This document shows positions 1 through 8,859 of a stretch of 36,286 bases of DNA, in pieces. Position numbers and translations under genes: made by a program. The stretch lies in the sequence record SRR20825019_608, one strand, 5' to 3'. Each line of letters begins with the position of its first letter. Positions within the stretch are counted from its first letter, which is position 1. Below the pieces are notes generated by a model, which was given only the letters and a program-made list of their open reading frames with translations, searched no databases and was not told the DNA's origin.

Positions 1-29
1 AAGGTGGGTCAGTTTACCCGGCTTATCCA
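1..29. mobile_element. Probable terminal inverted repeat (end) of an IS21-like insertion sequence
   Basis: GGTGGGTCAGTTTACCCGGCTTATCCA ends in CA and resembles IS21-family ends as I recall them from Bacteroidota. The translation before base 30 (KVGQFTRLIH) does not fit the HYR-like repeat, which resumes at base 30 as (D)NGC...DFTCADVG. Only 29 bp are visible and there is no transposase in the window. Confidence 0.5.
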
Positions 30-2475
30 CAATGGTTGCTATACGAGTTTTACCAGAACATTGAGTAAAACCGATTTTACCTGTGCTGATGTGGGAACAC
101 ATACGGTTACCTTAACGGTAAATGACGGTTATAATTCGGCTTCGGCCACAGCCACGGTTACAGTGGAAGACCCCTATGATCGCAGTTCGGGTATCATTTA
201 CGTGGATGAGAACGCAACGGGATCAAACAATGGAACCTCGTGGAACGATGCATATACCGATTTACAAGATGCACTAGCTCTGTCTGCGAATTGTGGGTTA
301 ACGGAGATATGGGTGGCCCAGGGGACCTACAAAACGGGAACATCCGAATACGATTCCTTTGTCATTCCCGAAGGGGTGACCCTTTTGGGAGGCTTTATCG
401 GAAATGAAACTTCATCAGACCAACGGAATTGGAACGCAGCGCCGACCCTGTTAAGTGGGGATATCAATGGGAATGATATGGCAGATGCAGGGGACAGCCA
501 TACCATTGTGACAGTGACAACTCCTAATGTGACTTTGGATGGACTTATCATTGCGTATTCCTATGCGGACGACCCTACGGACAATAGTCAAGTGGCCATT
601 GGCCGAACCGGGGGAGGGCTTTATATAAACCAAAATGCCAGCTTTCTTTTAAAGAATAGCATACTGCACGATAATATTGCCTTTAGTGATGGCATCAATG
701 GTTTGGGAGGAGCGGTAATCAGTTTTACCGGTGACACCAAATTGATAAGTTGCTTGTTGTATGATAATGTAGCCTCCACTGCTGGAGGTGCTGTTTCATG
801 TGAATCCGGTGAAGTTGAGATTATGAATTCCACGCTGGCCAATAATACGGCGAACATGGGAGGAGGTGTCCATTTAAGCGATGGGACCTTGTTGGTGGCG
901 AACTCCATACTTTCCAATAATACAGGAACAAATGGACATATCAATCTAGTTGCTGGATATGGACGCATGTATAGTTCATTGACATATAATGGAACTGTCT
1001 CTGGAGATGTGATGCAAAGCCGCAATCTGGTGGTAGATCCCGAGTTTGAAGATGTGGCACAACATGATTATAGCGTGAAGGCCACTAGTCCTGCCATAAA
1101 CGCCGGGAACAACAATTTTGTAACAACCTTAGGGGCACCAGAGGCCGCAGTCGATTTGGCCGGAAATGAGCGTATTTACGACTATGCCAACGGTGGTATT
1201 GTTGATATGGGCGCCTATGAGTTACTGGACCGGGCACCCGTGGCCATTTGTCAGGATATTATAGTAGCACTAGATGCAAACGGTAGTGCAATGATAAGCC
1301 CAGAGGAAATAGATGATGGCTCTTATGATGAGGATAATGGAATAACGCTTGCCCTGGATGTTACAGAATTCGATTGCTCAAACTTGGGAAACAATCAAGT
1401 GGTCTTGACCGTAACGGCTGATAACGGGGTCAGTGAACAATGTATGGCCACGGTGACCGTAGAGGATACCTTGCCTCCGGTTCCCGATCAGGCGGATTTA
1501 CCGGATATTACTACAGCGTGTGAAGTGAGCAGTCTCACCCCACCAACGGCCACAGATAATTGTACTAGTACTGCGGTAACAGTCTCCCATGATGCTGTCT
1601 TGCCTATCCATATTCAAGGTACTACAGTAGTAACATGGAGCTATGAAGATGAAGCTGGCAACATCAGCACGCAAACACAGAACGTGGGTATTGAAGATAC
1701 TACAGCTCCTGAATTGATTTCAGATTTGGATACTGATCTTACGGTGTATTGCAATCAAGTTCCGGAGATACCCGACCTGGCCTTTACGGATAATTGTGAT
1801 ATGGAGGTTCAAATTGAATATGGTCAAAACGAGACCGTTTCAGGAGAAGGGTACCTCATTGAGCGTTACTGGGTAGCTTCCGATTCCAACGGAAACGTAA
1901 GACGTGTTGAACAAAATATTACAGTACTACCAACACAGATAATGGTCGATGATGATATCACGGTATGTGACACCGAGACCCGTTTTGATCTTTATACGAT
2001 AATCGAAGGTACGGCTATGAACGGCACCTGGGAATCCCTAAACGATAGGGTAGGTCTGGAGGGCTCTATAATCGATCCATCGACCATGGAAGCGGGGTCC
2101 TATTCCTTTACTTATACCGAAGGCGAAGGAATGTGTGTCAATCAGGTCGTTGTCGATCTAAGCGTCGAAGATTCCTGTGGTATGGATGTGGACGCTGCCA
2201 TAGAGGTTTCAAGGGTGATTACCCCCAATGGGGATGGCCATAATGATTATTTCGTAGTGGAAGGTTCCGAGATCAATGGAAAAACGATAACCTTGTTCGT
2301 ATTTGATCGTTGGGGCCAGCAGGTCTATAAGTCGGATGATTATCAGAATGATTGGGACGCATTAAGCGGGCGAAACCAACGAACATTGGTCTCGGGAACT
2401 TATTTCTATGTGATACAGGTCCCGGGCAGCAATATCCGACCGATTAAAGGTAGTGTCTACATTGGAACAAATTAG
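30..2475 (+). CDS. T9SS type-B-CTD surface protein/adhesin with HYR-like repeats and a beta-helix/choice-of-anchor-like domain; 5'-truncated, probably IS-interrupted
   Basis: C-terminal VITPNGDGHNDYF...FDRWGQQVYKSDDYQNDW...GTYFYVI is a gliding-motility-associated type B CTD. Also contains IYVDENATGSNNGTSWNDAYTDLQDAL, SPAINAG...VDMGAYE and Cys-containing TVTVED repeats. There is no signal peptide and the frame is open to the window edge. Confidence 0.88.
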
Positions 2476-2482
2476 GATTAGG

Positions 2483-3391
2483 ATGAAGAAGTATATTATT
2501 TGGGCCATGATGGGAATCTTATGCGAAGGAATCTCCTATGCACAGCAGGCACCACAGTTTACACAGTATCTATATAACCCGGTCAGTATCAACCCAGCTT
2601 TTGCCGGAAGCACGGAGCGTTTCTCGGCCATTTTGATGCACCGTTCCCAATGGAGCGGTTTCGATGGTGCGCCATCCACACAGATATTTTCGGCACATAG
2701 CCCCCTGCCCAATGATAAAGTGGGGCTGGGTGTATCACTGGTCAGTGATGGCCTGGGGGAAGAAAGGTTTCATTACCTCTATGGTGATTTTTCCTATACC
2801 CTACGGGTCGGTAGAACTGTTCGTTTGGCCTTAGGGATAAAGGCCGGTTTTACCCATTATTCCTTGAGTCCTGGATTATTAGGCTCGCCGGGGATCCAGA
2901 GTGACCCTTATTTCAGTTCATACACGGATAGCTGGTCGCCAAATATGGGGGTAGGTGGGTTTCTGCACGGTGAAGGTTGGCACCTTGCCATTTCGGCACC
3001 ACAGTTGTTTCAGGTGGATTTTATCGAAAACCCGGGAAACGATACTGCCTATAGGGTTATGGAAAGGCCAAACTTGTATATCACTGGGGGATATGGTATT
3101 GATTTGACCAGATTTGTTGAACTGAAACCTACAACAATGCTCATCATCTCTAAGGGAAGCCCGATTTCCATCGATGTGGGAACCAATGTTACTTTTTATG
3201 ACCGTTTGATGTTGGGAATCAATTACCGTATCAACAGCTACGATGCCATTGGAGGTTTGGGAAGCTTTAGGTTGGGCAAACGGATGACAATGGGGTATGC
3301 CTATGAGATTCCTATTTCCGGTATCCGGCCTTATACGGGCGGGACACACGAGTTCTTTTTAAGGTATGATCTTATTCTCGATATCAACTAG
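2483..3391 (+). CDS. Type IX secretion system membrane protein, PorP/SprF family
   Basis: Signal peptide followed by AQQAPQFTQYLYNPVSINPAFAG...HRSQWSGFDGAP and C-terminal GYAYE...GGTHEF. Lies directly after a type B CTD gene, the usual pairing. ATG at 2483 is preferred over 2453. Confidence 0.95.
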   Translation: MKKYIIWAMMGILCEGISYAQQAPQFTQYLYNPVSINPAFAGSTERFSAILMHRSQWSGFDGAPSTQIFSAHSPLPNDKVGLGVSLVSDGLGEERFHYLYGDFSYTLRVGRTVRLALGIKAGFTHYSLSPGLLGSPGIQSDPYFSSYTDSWSPNMGVGGFLHGEGWHLAISAPQLFQVDFIENPGNDTAYRVMERPNLYITGGYGIDLTRFVELKPTTMLIISKGSPISIDVGTNVTFYDRLMLGINYRINSYDAIGGLGSFRLGKRMTMGYAYEIPISGIRPYTGGTHEFFLRYDLILDIN

Positions 3392-3474
3392 GACCATGGA
3401 CAATGTACCCGGATGCAAAAAATGCATAAATTTAAGTGACCGGTCCCCTGGGTTAAGCTATTAATGGTATTTTT

Positions 3475-5520
3475 ATGCATGTGAACATGTGTCCCGTTCC
3501 CATACTGATATTGTTTTTTTACTTGGTTTCTGGTCCCTGTAGTTCACAGGTGTTGAAGGCAAATGACACCGTTGTTGATACGTTTGTTACAATTCCTACG
3601 TTCCAGGGAAAAATGGACTATCTACACGGCTTGCTCAAGGATGCCGGACCTGATCAGGATCTGCTGGCCGATAAACTTCACCGATATAGGGATTCATGGA
3701 TAGCACAAGAACGATGGGAGGAAGCTCTATCGCTTACCAATGTTTTGGGCAACTATTTTATCTACGTGTCCATTAACCATAAAAAAGCCTATGAAATATT
3801 GGAAGGGTACACCCCCTTTATCCTTCATAATACCGATAGGGAACAGATTTCGTTCTTTTATATGACCCATGCGGAAGCAGCGACCTTTATGCAGCGCTAT
3901 AAGGAATCCTTGGGCATATTAGATCAGGGGATTGCGTTCATGGAAAAACATAGGGACTCCTCGTTGTACGAGTTCGGGTATGCCTATTTGAAGGCAGGGG
4001 AGAACAGTGATAAGGTCAATGAAATCTCCAAAAGTGTCTACTATTTTGAAAAAGCAAAGAAGATATTTATCCATCAAAAGGATACATTGATGTATTTATG
4101 GGCACAGAATGGCCTCGCCCAACTCTACGGTAAAAATGGCTTGTATGACAGGGCCTGGCAAGCGCGCAGGGAGGTTTTTGAAACAGGGACGCAAATAGGG
4201 GAACACCAAGTGGTGGCCGTAGCACGTTTGACAGCTTGTAATGAGGCAAATCAGCAAGGTGATTTTCAGGAGGAGCTGCATCAAATCAGAATGGCCTTAA
4301 AGGAAAGGAACCAAGAGGCCGATGTACAAGGGATTGTTGACATTTTAACACTTTCCTATGCCGTTTCCGTGTATGCAAGAAATGGTATTCGGGATACATC
4401 CGACCTGTATAAAAAGGAACTGATCTCTAAAATTGGGCCACATGTCAATAATCCTTTTTTGGAAACCTACTACCAATTGGCAATGAGTCAAAATGCCCTC
4501 GCCAATGATCAATTGGTCGAAGCGGAAAATTATGCCCAAAGGGTGCTTGATGGGGTACAGGGCACTTTGGAAGCCGAGAATATTATGCGCTCGGAATTTC
4601 TATTGGCAACCATCTATGAACGAATGAACGATTTGCAGGGGGCGCTCGAACATTTTAAAAACTACTCCAGGATGAAGGACTCCGTTAACAATGTGACCTC
4701 CAGACGGAAATTTGCCTTTATGCAGGCCGAGCTCGAGGCTGAAAAAAAAGATATGGAAATTGCCCAACAACGGAAGGATATCAAGATTTTGGATGCCAGC
4801 AACAAGGAAAAGACCTATTGGCTGGTTTTTGGGGGCATATTACTTTTGGGTGGCTCTGGCTTTCTGTGGTTGTTCAGGAACCGGCGTTTTGCAAAAAAGG
4901 AAAAGGAGCTTACGGAAAAATATTCCCAAGATCTTTTAAGGCAACAGGAAAGGGAACGAAGCCATATCGCTTGGGAGTTGCACGATGGGATAGGCCAACA
5001 ATTGACCATCATGTCCAAAAAGGCAAGGGACGCTGATCAAAAGGAATTATTGCAACTTTCACAAGATACCCTTGAAGAGGTGAGAATGTTGGGAAAAGGT
5101 CTCCTGCCTCCTGCATTGGCCAATTTGGGAACGACTGGTGCCATAGAACAGCTTGTCCATACCTTTGATGAAAAGTACAGTATGATCTTTACGTTGGAAA
5201 TGGATGGGATAGAGGGTTGCTTTTCCAAGGAACAAAATGTAAACCTCTATCGCTTTGTACAAGAGGCCATGACAAATTTGGTCAAGCATTCGCATGCCAC
5301 AGAAGTGCTCATACAGATAGTGCGAAGGGCCAATGGCGTAAAACTCTTTATCAAGGATAATGGAATAGGGTTCAATTATGAGGAAAATTACAAGGGCCAT
5401 GGCCTGGGACTAAAGACGATGGAACAACGGATCAGGATGATGGGAGGGACCATACATATCCGATCAGAAAATAAAAGAGGAACCATTATTAACGCAAACA
5501 TTCCTATCACCGATGCATAA
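3475..5520 (+). CDS. Membrane sensor histidine kinase with periplasmic TPR-like domain (HisKA_3/NarX-type)
   Basis: Signal peptide, helical repeats, TM segment (YWLVFGGILLLGGSGFLWLF), H-box ERSHIAWELHDGIGQQL, N-box EAMTNLVKHS, and DNGIGF/GLGL G-boxes. Confidence 0.93.
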   Translation: MHVNMCPVPILILFFYLVSGPCSSQVLKANDTVVDTFVTIPTFQGKMDYLHGLLKDAGPDQDLLADKLHRYRDSWIAQERWEEALSLTNVLGNYFIYVSINHKKAYEILEGYTPFILHNTDREQISFFYMTHAEAATFMQRYKESLGILDQGIAFMEKHRDSSLYEFGYAYLKAGENSDKVNEISKSVYYFEKAKKIFIHQKDTLMYLWAQNGLAQLYGKNGLYDRAWQARREVFETGTQIGEHQVVAVARLTACNEANQQGDFQEELHQIRMALKERNQEADVQGIVDILTLSYAVSVYARNGIRDTSDLYKKELISKIGPHVNNPFLETYYQLAMSQNALANDQLVEAENYAQRVLDGVQGTLEAENIMRSEFLLATIYERMNDLQGALEHFKNYSRMKDSVNNVTSRRKFAFMQAELEAEKKDMEIAQQRKDIKILDASNKEKTYWLVFGGILLLGGSGFLWLFRNRRFAKKEKELTEKYSQDLLRQQERERSHIAWELHDGIGQQLTIMSKKARDADQKELLQLSQDTLEEVRMLGKGLLPPALANLGTTGAIEQLVHTFDEKYSMIFTLEMDGIEGCFSKEQNVNLYRFVQEAMTNLVKHSHATEVLIQIVRRANGVKLFIKDNGIGFNYEENYKGHGLGLKTMEQRIRMMGGTIHIRSENKRGTIINANIPITDA

Positions 5521-6157
5521 TACCCACACCCTTTTAGTTGCAGATGACCACCCCTTATTACTCAAGGGCCTGGTCGATGAGCTCGAATCGAAAGGATACA
5601 ATGTGATCGCCCAAGCAAGCAATGGCCTTGAAGCCCTTGAGTTGATCATTGAAAAAAGTCCCGATATCGTGGTCTTGGATATCCAAATGCCAAGGCTAAC
5701 CGGAATAGAGGTCATAGCAAAGGCCAGGGAGGCCGGTAGTTCACCACGTTTCATCTTGCTTACCTCTTACAAGGAGGAGGGGTTGGTATACAAGGCCCAA
5801 CAGCTTGGGATCAGCGGTTACTTGCTCAAGGAGGAACCTTTTTCGGAAATGCAAAAGTGCCTTCAAAAGGTAAGCGCCGGAGGAACCTATTTCAGTAGGA
5901 CCTTTGAACAACTCGTCGAAGAAGGAATCAATCCACAACTGCAAAAGCTTAAACTACTATCTTCCTCCGAGAGGACCATCCTTAGGATGATGGCGCAGTC
6001 AAAGACTTCCAAGGAGATTGCAGAGGAGTTGGTGATTTCCTTGCGAACCGTCCAAAAGCACAGAAGTAACATGATCCAAAAATTAGCGTTGGAAAGCGAT
6101 GGGGACCAATGGACCTCATGGCTTACAAAATATAGGGAAATGATATTGGCCTTATAG
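5513..6157 (+). CDS. NarL/FixJ-family DNA-binding response regulator (REC + LuxR HTH)
   Basis: VADDHPLL...LDIQMP...GYLLK receiver domain and LSSSERTIL...SKEIAEELVISLRTVQKHRSN HTH. Start overlaps the kinase stop. Confidence 0.95.
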   Translation: MHNTHTLLVADDHPLLLKGLVDELESKGYNVIAQASNGLEALELIIEKSPDIVVLDIQMPRLTGIEVIAKAREAGSSPRFILLTSYKEEGLVYKAQQLGISGYLLKEEPFSEMQKCLQKVSAGGTYFSRTFEQLVEEGINPQLQKLKLLSSSERTILRMMAQSKTSKEIAEELVISLRTVQKHRSNMIQKLALESDGDQWTSWLTKYREMILAL

Positions 6158-6177
6158 ACGGATAACGAAGGTATTGG

Positions 6178-6220
6178 ATACGTACCCCTACGTAAAAATT
6201 GTGGTAGGGTACGTATTTTT
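6178..6220. promoter_or_regulatory. TACGTA-N4-TACGTA palindromic box plus a third TACGTA; candidate NarL-family operator or terminator hairpin
   Basis: TACGTA occurs at 6179, 6189 and 6210. The segment also forms the imperfect inverted repeat ATACGTACCCCTAC/GTAGGGTACGTAT followed by TTTTT. Confidence 0.5.
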
Positions 6221-6555
6221 AATGAGGCCAGGTCGATTTAACTTGTTTTGCACAAAAACAAGGTTGAATATGATGTCCGTTCCCCGACTTCTGGCCGTTG
6301 CCACGGTGTTTTACGAGTACATTTTTCATTATGGGTCATATCCTAAAACCTTTGGGAGTCCCAATCTTCAAAGTGATGCTGCCATCTGCCCATGGCTTTC
6401 CCTATATGGTGATCGGTCCCTGTTTTTTTCTGGGTTCTCTTTTTGGGATTCCCCAGTATGTAGGAAAGAAATTATTGTCGTTCGATTGTGTACTGAGCAG
6501 CTTTTGTACTTCAAAGACCATGTTTCTGCATTGGAAAACATGATTAATATAAAAT

Positions 6556-6587
6556 TGTTTAACCCTATTTCAACTTATGGTCGTCTT
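6556..6587 (+). promoter_or_regulatory. Putative ECF-sigma promoter, copy 1 (TGTTTAACCC-N15-TCGTCTT)
   Basis: Both boxes and the 15-nt spacer length are identical to the copy at 7450-7481. AAC...CGT is the ECF -35/-10 pattern. Confidence 0.65.
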
Positions 6588-6591
6588 AGTA

Positions 6592-6713
6592 ATGTTATGA
6601 GTGGAGTCCAACATAATATTATGCTGAAATTATTGAGTAGCGTAACTGTTTACACATTGTTGAGTCGTTTTAGTTAGTTTGAAATAGGGCAGTCTTTGAT
6701 TGCCCTATTTTTT
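6592..6713 (+). ncRNA. Putative ~120-nt ECF-dependent small RNA (or mRNA for a 26-aa peptide at 6597-6677)
   Basis: Bounded by the ECF promoter copy at 6556-6587 and a strong terminator at 6682-6713. The 5' end is approximate. Confidence 0.4.
6682..6713 (+). terminator. Rho-independent terminator
   Basis: AAATAGGGCAGTC-TTT-GATTGCCCTATTT stem-loop running into a T-tract. Confidence 0.8.
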
Positions 6714-6819
6714 GTGGATTGGACGGGTCTATTGATACGCAGTGACATATTGGCCTAGTTCTACCCAATTACAGGTGTGGGATATATCGAACCTAAGGGA
6801 ACAATGGATTTCCATCCTT

Positions 6820-6827
6820 TACATTTG
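6820..6827 (+). promoter_or_regulatory. Bacteroidota housekeeping -7 promoter element upstream of the ECF sigma gene
   Basis: TACATTTG matches TAnnTTTG, about 60 nt before the proposed CTG start. No clear -33 TTTG. Confidence 0.5.
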
Positions 6828-6887
6828 GGCGAACAAGGTGGCCATACTTGAAAAGTTTCATCGTAAGGTGAAAATAACCCCTTAAAA

Positions 6888-7439
6888 CTGAAAGCCGATA
6901 AAACATACCGTCTAACGACCAAAGAATATAAAGTTCTTTTCGATGACCACCATGCCGCACTTTGTCTGTTCTGCAATCGCTATCTGAACGACCTTGAACT
7001 GGCAAAGGACGTGGTACAGGAAATCTTCATTAAGGTTTGGAACCAAAAAACAGTTTTCAAAAGTCAGGGAACGGTTAAATCGTACCTCTATACCGCGGTA
7101 AAGAACAGGTCCCTGGACATATTGAAGAGCAAGCACTATAAATCGAAATGCAAGCTATCGGTAGAGATGGTCCAGACTATGGAGACCGATTCTTTTTTTA
7201 CCAGCGAACTGGTCCTGCAAGAAACCGCCCGTTTGGTGGACATTGCGGTCGATACGTTGCCAACAAGGTGCAAGAAAATCATCAAGTTGAGCTTATTGGG
7301 CTATAAGAATGGGGAAATAGCCAATGAATTGGAGATTACCTTAAACACGGTAAAGGCCCAGAAAAAAATAGCCTATCGCAAACTTCGTTTCCAACTTCGG
7401 GAACATATGGCCGCTTTGGTGCATATCTTCTTACCATAA
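6888..7439 (+). CDS. RNA polymerase ECF sigma-70 factor (FecI-like, PUL-associated), probable CTG start
   Basis: The frame is open from 6867. Upstream of the GTG at 7011 it encodes YKVLFDDHHAALCLFCNRYLNDLELAKD, continuing into VVQEIFIKVW (region 2). Also SYLYTAVKNRSLD and region 4 LPTRCKKI...EIANELEITLNTVKAQKKIAYRKLR. Confidence 0.9.
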   Translation: MKADKTYRLTTKEYKVLFDDHHAALCLFCNRYLNDLELAKDVVQEIFIKVWNQKTVFKSQGTVKSYLYTAVKNRSLDILKSKHYKSKCKLSVEMVQTMETDSFFTSELVLQETARLVDIAVDTLPTRCKKIIKLSLLGYKNGEIANELEITLNTVKAQKKIAYRKLRFQLREHMAALVHIFLP

Positions 7440-7449
7440 AAAACATAAA

Positions 7450-7481
7450 TGTTTAACCCCAGTCATTAATTCTATCGTCTT
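7450..7481 (+). promoter_or_regulatory. Putative ECF-sigma promoter, copy 2, for fecR-susC-susD
   Basis: TGTTTAACCC-N15-TCGTCTT ending 30 nt upstream of the fecR ATG. Confidence 0.7.
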
Positions 7482-7511
7482 TGGATTAAAGACAGTAACT
7501 AAAAATCCTTT

Positions 7512-8705
7512 ATGTCAAGAGATTTCGGCAAAATAATGGAGCTGGCCCAAAAACTGGCCAGAACGATATTTCTAAGAGAGCGCATCGATAAGGTGGATTC
7601 CTCAAAGGATCTTGATGATGGGGAGCGGGAATATATAATGCAGAAACTGGGGGAGCCCAGTTATTGGCTAGAAAGAAGCCGCCTAAAAAAGGATATCGAC
7701 CACGCGCACCAGAAGGATTGGGAAAAGTTAAGGGCCCATATGGTAGGAGATAAAAAAATCAGGCACTTGAAGGCCGTAATTAAGGTCGCCGCGATATTTA
7801 TAGGTGTTGTTGGCCTCACTTACTTAGGTTTTAAGGAAAATTTCATCACTGATGAAAACGAGGCTCTTTATCAGCAAGAGTCGATTACCTTGGAGCTGGA
7901 GAATGGCGCAATAGAGAAATTGACAAGCTCGGGTAGTCGACCGTTCATGAACGGTCAAGGCGGCATTGTCGGGTATCAGAAGGACAATCAAATTGATTAT
8001 TCAGGTGCTGACCATCAGGATAATCAAGATCAGCCGCTACAATACCATAGATTGACTGTTCCCTATGGCAAAACGTTCCAGGTTGTGCTTTCGGATGGAA
8101 CCCGAGTCCATTTGAATGCCGGGACCATGTTGCGGTATCCAGTACGTTTTGTCGAAGGGCGGGATAGAGAGGTGTTTATGGAGGGGGAGGCACTCTTTGA
8201 TGTGAGCAAGGATGCGAGGCAGCCTTTTGTTGTACATGCGAATCAATTGGGAGTGAAAGTGTTGGGGACACAATTTGTCGTTTCATCCTATCCCGAGGAT
8301 ACATCTATAAATACGATTTTATTGGAGGGTTCTGTAGGACTCTATAGGGCTTCCCATAACATGGGCTCGGAACAATATACCGTATTGAAGCCAGGGTTCA
8401 TGGGATCTTGGAACAAAGCAATAGATGATATCTCCGTAAAGGAAGTAGATACGGATATCTATACTGCATGGACCAATGGCAGAGTGGTATTTAGCCATTT
8501 GAAATTCAACGACATCATCAAAAAATTGGCCCGATGTTATAATGTGTCCATTACCAACAACAATGCTCGTTTGGGCGAAGCAACCTTTACGGCCACATTT
8601 GATATAAAGGTCGAATCAATCAGGGATATCCTGGAGTCGTTCAAAAGGAACTATGGCTTCGATTATGATTATCGTATCGAAGACAATCAAGTGAATATAT
8701 ACTAA
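7512..8705 (+). CDS. FecR-family anti-sigma factor
   Basis: Single TM (KVAAIFIGVVGLTYLGF) and motifs VVLSDGTRVHLNAGT, REVFMEGEALFDV and VKVLGTQF. Sits between the ECF sigma and SusC genes. Confidence 0.95.
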   Translation: MSRDFGKIMELAQKLARTIFLRERIDKVDSSKDLDDGEREYIMQKLGEPSYWLERSRLKKDIDHAHQKDWEKLRAHMVGDKKIRHLKAVIKVAAIFIGVVGLTYLGFKENFITDENEALYQQESITLELENGAIEKLTSSGSRPFMNGQGGIVGYQKDNQIDYSGADHQDNQDQPLQYHRLTVPYGKTFQVVLSDGTRVHLNAGTMLRYPVRFVEGRDREVFMEGEALFDVSKDARQPFVVHANQLGVKVLGTQFVVSSYPEDTSINTILLEGSVGLYRASHNMGSEQYTVLKPGFMGSWNKAIDDISVKEVDTDIYTAWTNGRVVFSHLKFNDIIKKLARCYNVSITNNNARLGEATFTATFDIKVESIRDILESFKRNYGFDYDYRIEDNQVNIY

Positions 8706-8768
8706 CCCTATAAAAATGAAATGCCAATGAAGTGAACCTTCGACAACAAATAACCATCATCCCTGCAT

Positions 8769-8847
8769 AAAAAAATCGGAAAATGCGGACACATTCCCCG
8801 ATTGGATGTAAGGGTTGATCTAAACCAAATGTTAAATCATCTTAATA
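8769..8847 (-). ncRNA. Putative antisense sRNA in the fecR-susC spacer (DonS-like architecture)
   Basis: A minus-strand -7-like element TATCTTCG (8853-8860) overlaps the susC start. The minus-strand hairpin AAUCGGGGAAUG/CAUUUUCCGAUU plus U-tract (8803-8769) pairs fully only on the minus strand, via G-U pairs. The 5' end is approximate. Confidence 0.55.
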
Positions 8848-8859
8848 CAGAACGAAGAT

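Noticed and set aside
4-29. GTG at 4 as the true start of the 823-aa protein
   Set aside because: There is no signal peptide, the sequence begins mid-repeat, and the first 29 bp look like an IS end.
6174-6677. 167-aa + strand ORF in the regulator-sigma spacer
   Set aside because: No recognisable domain, a TTG start, and it runs across the TACGTA boxes and an ECF promoter. Only its last 26 codons are kept as a possible small peptide.
7011-7439. 142-aa version of the ECF sigma factor
   Set aside because: It would lack the first part of region 2, which is encoded in frame upstream.
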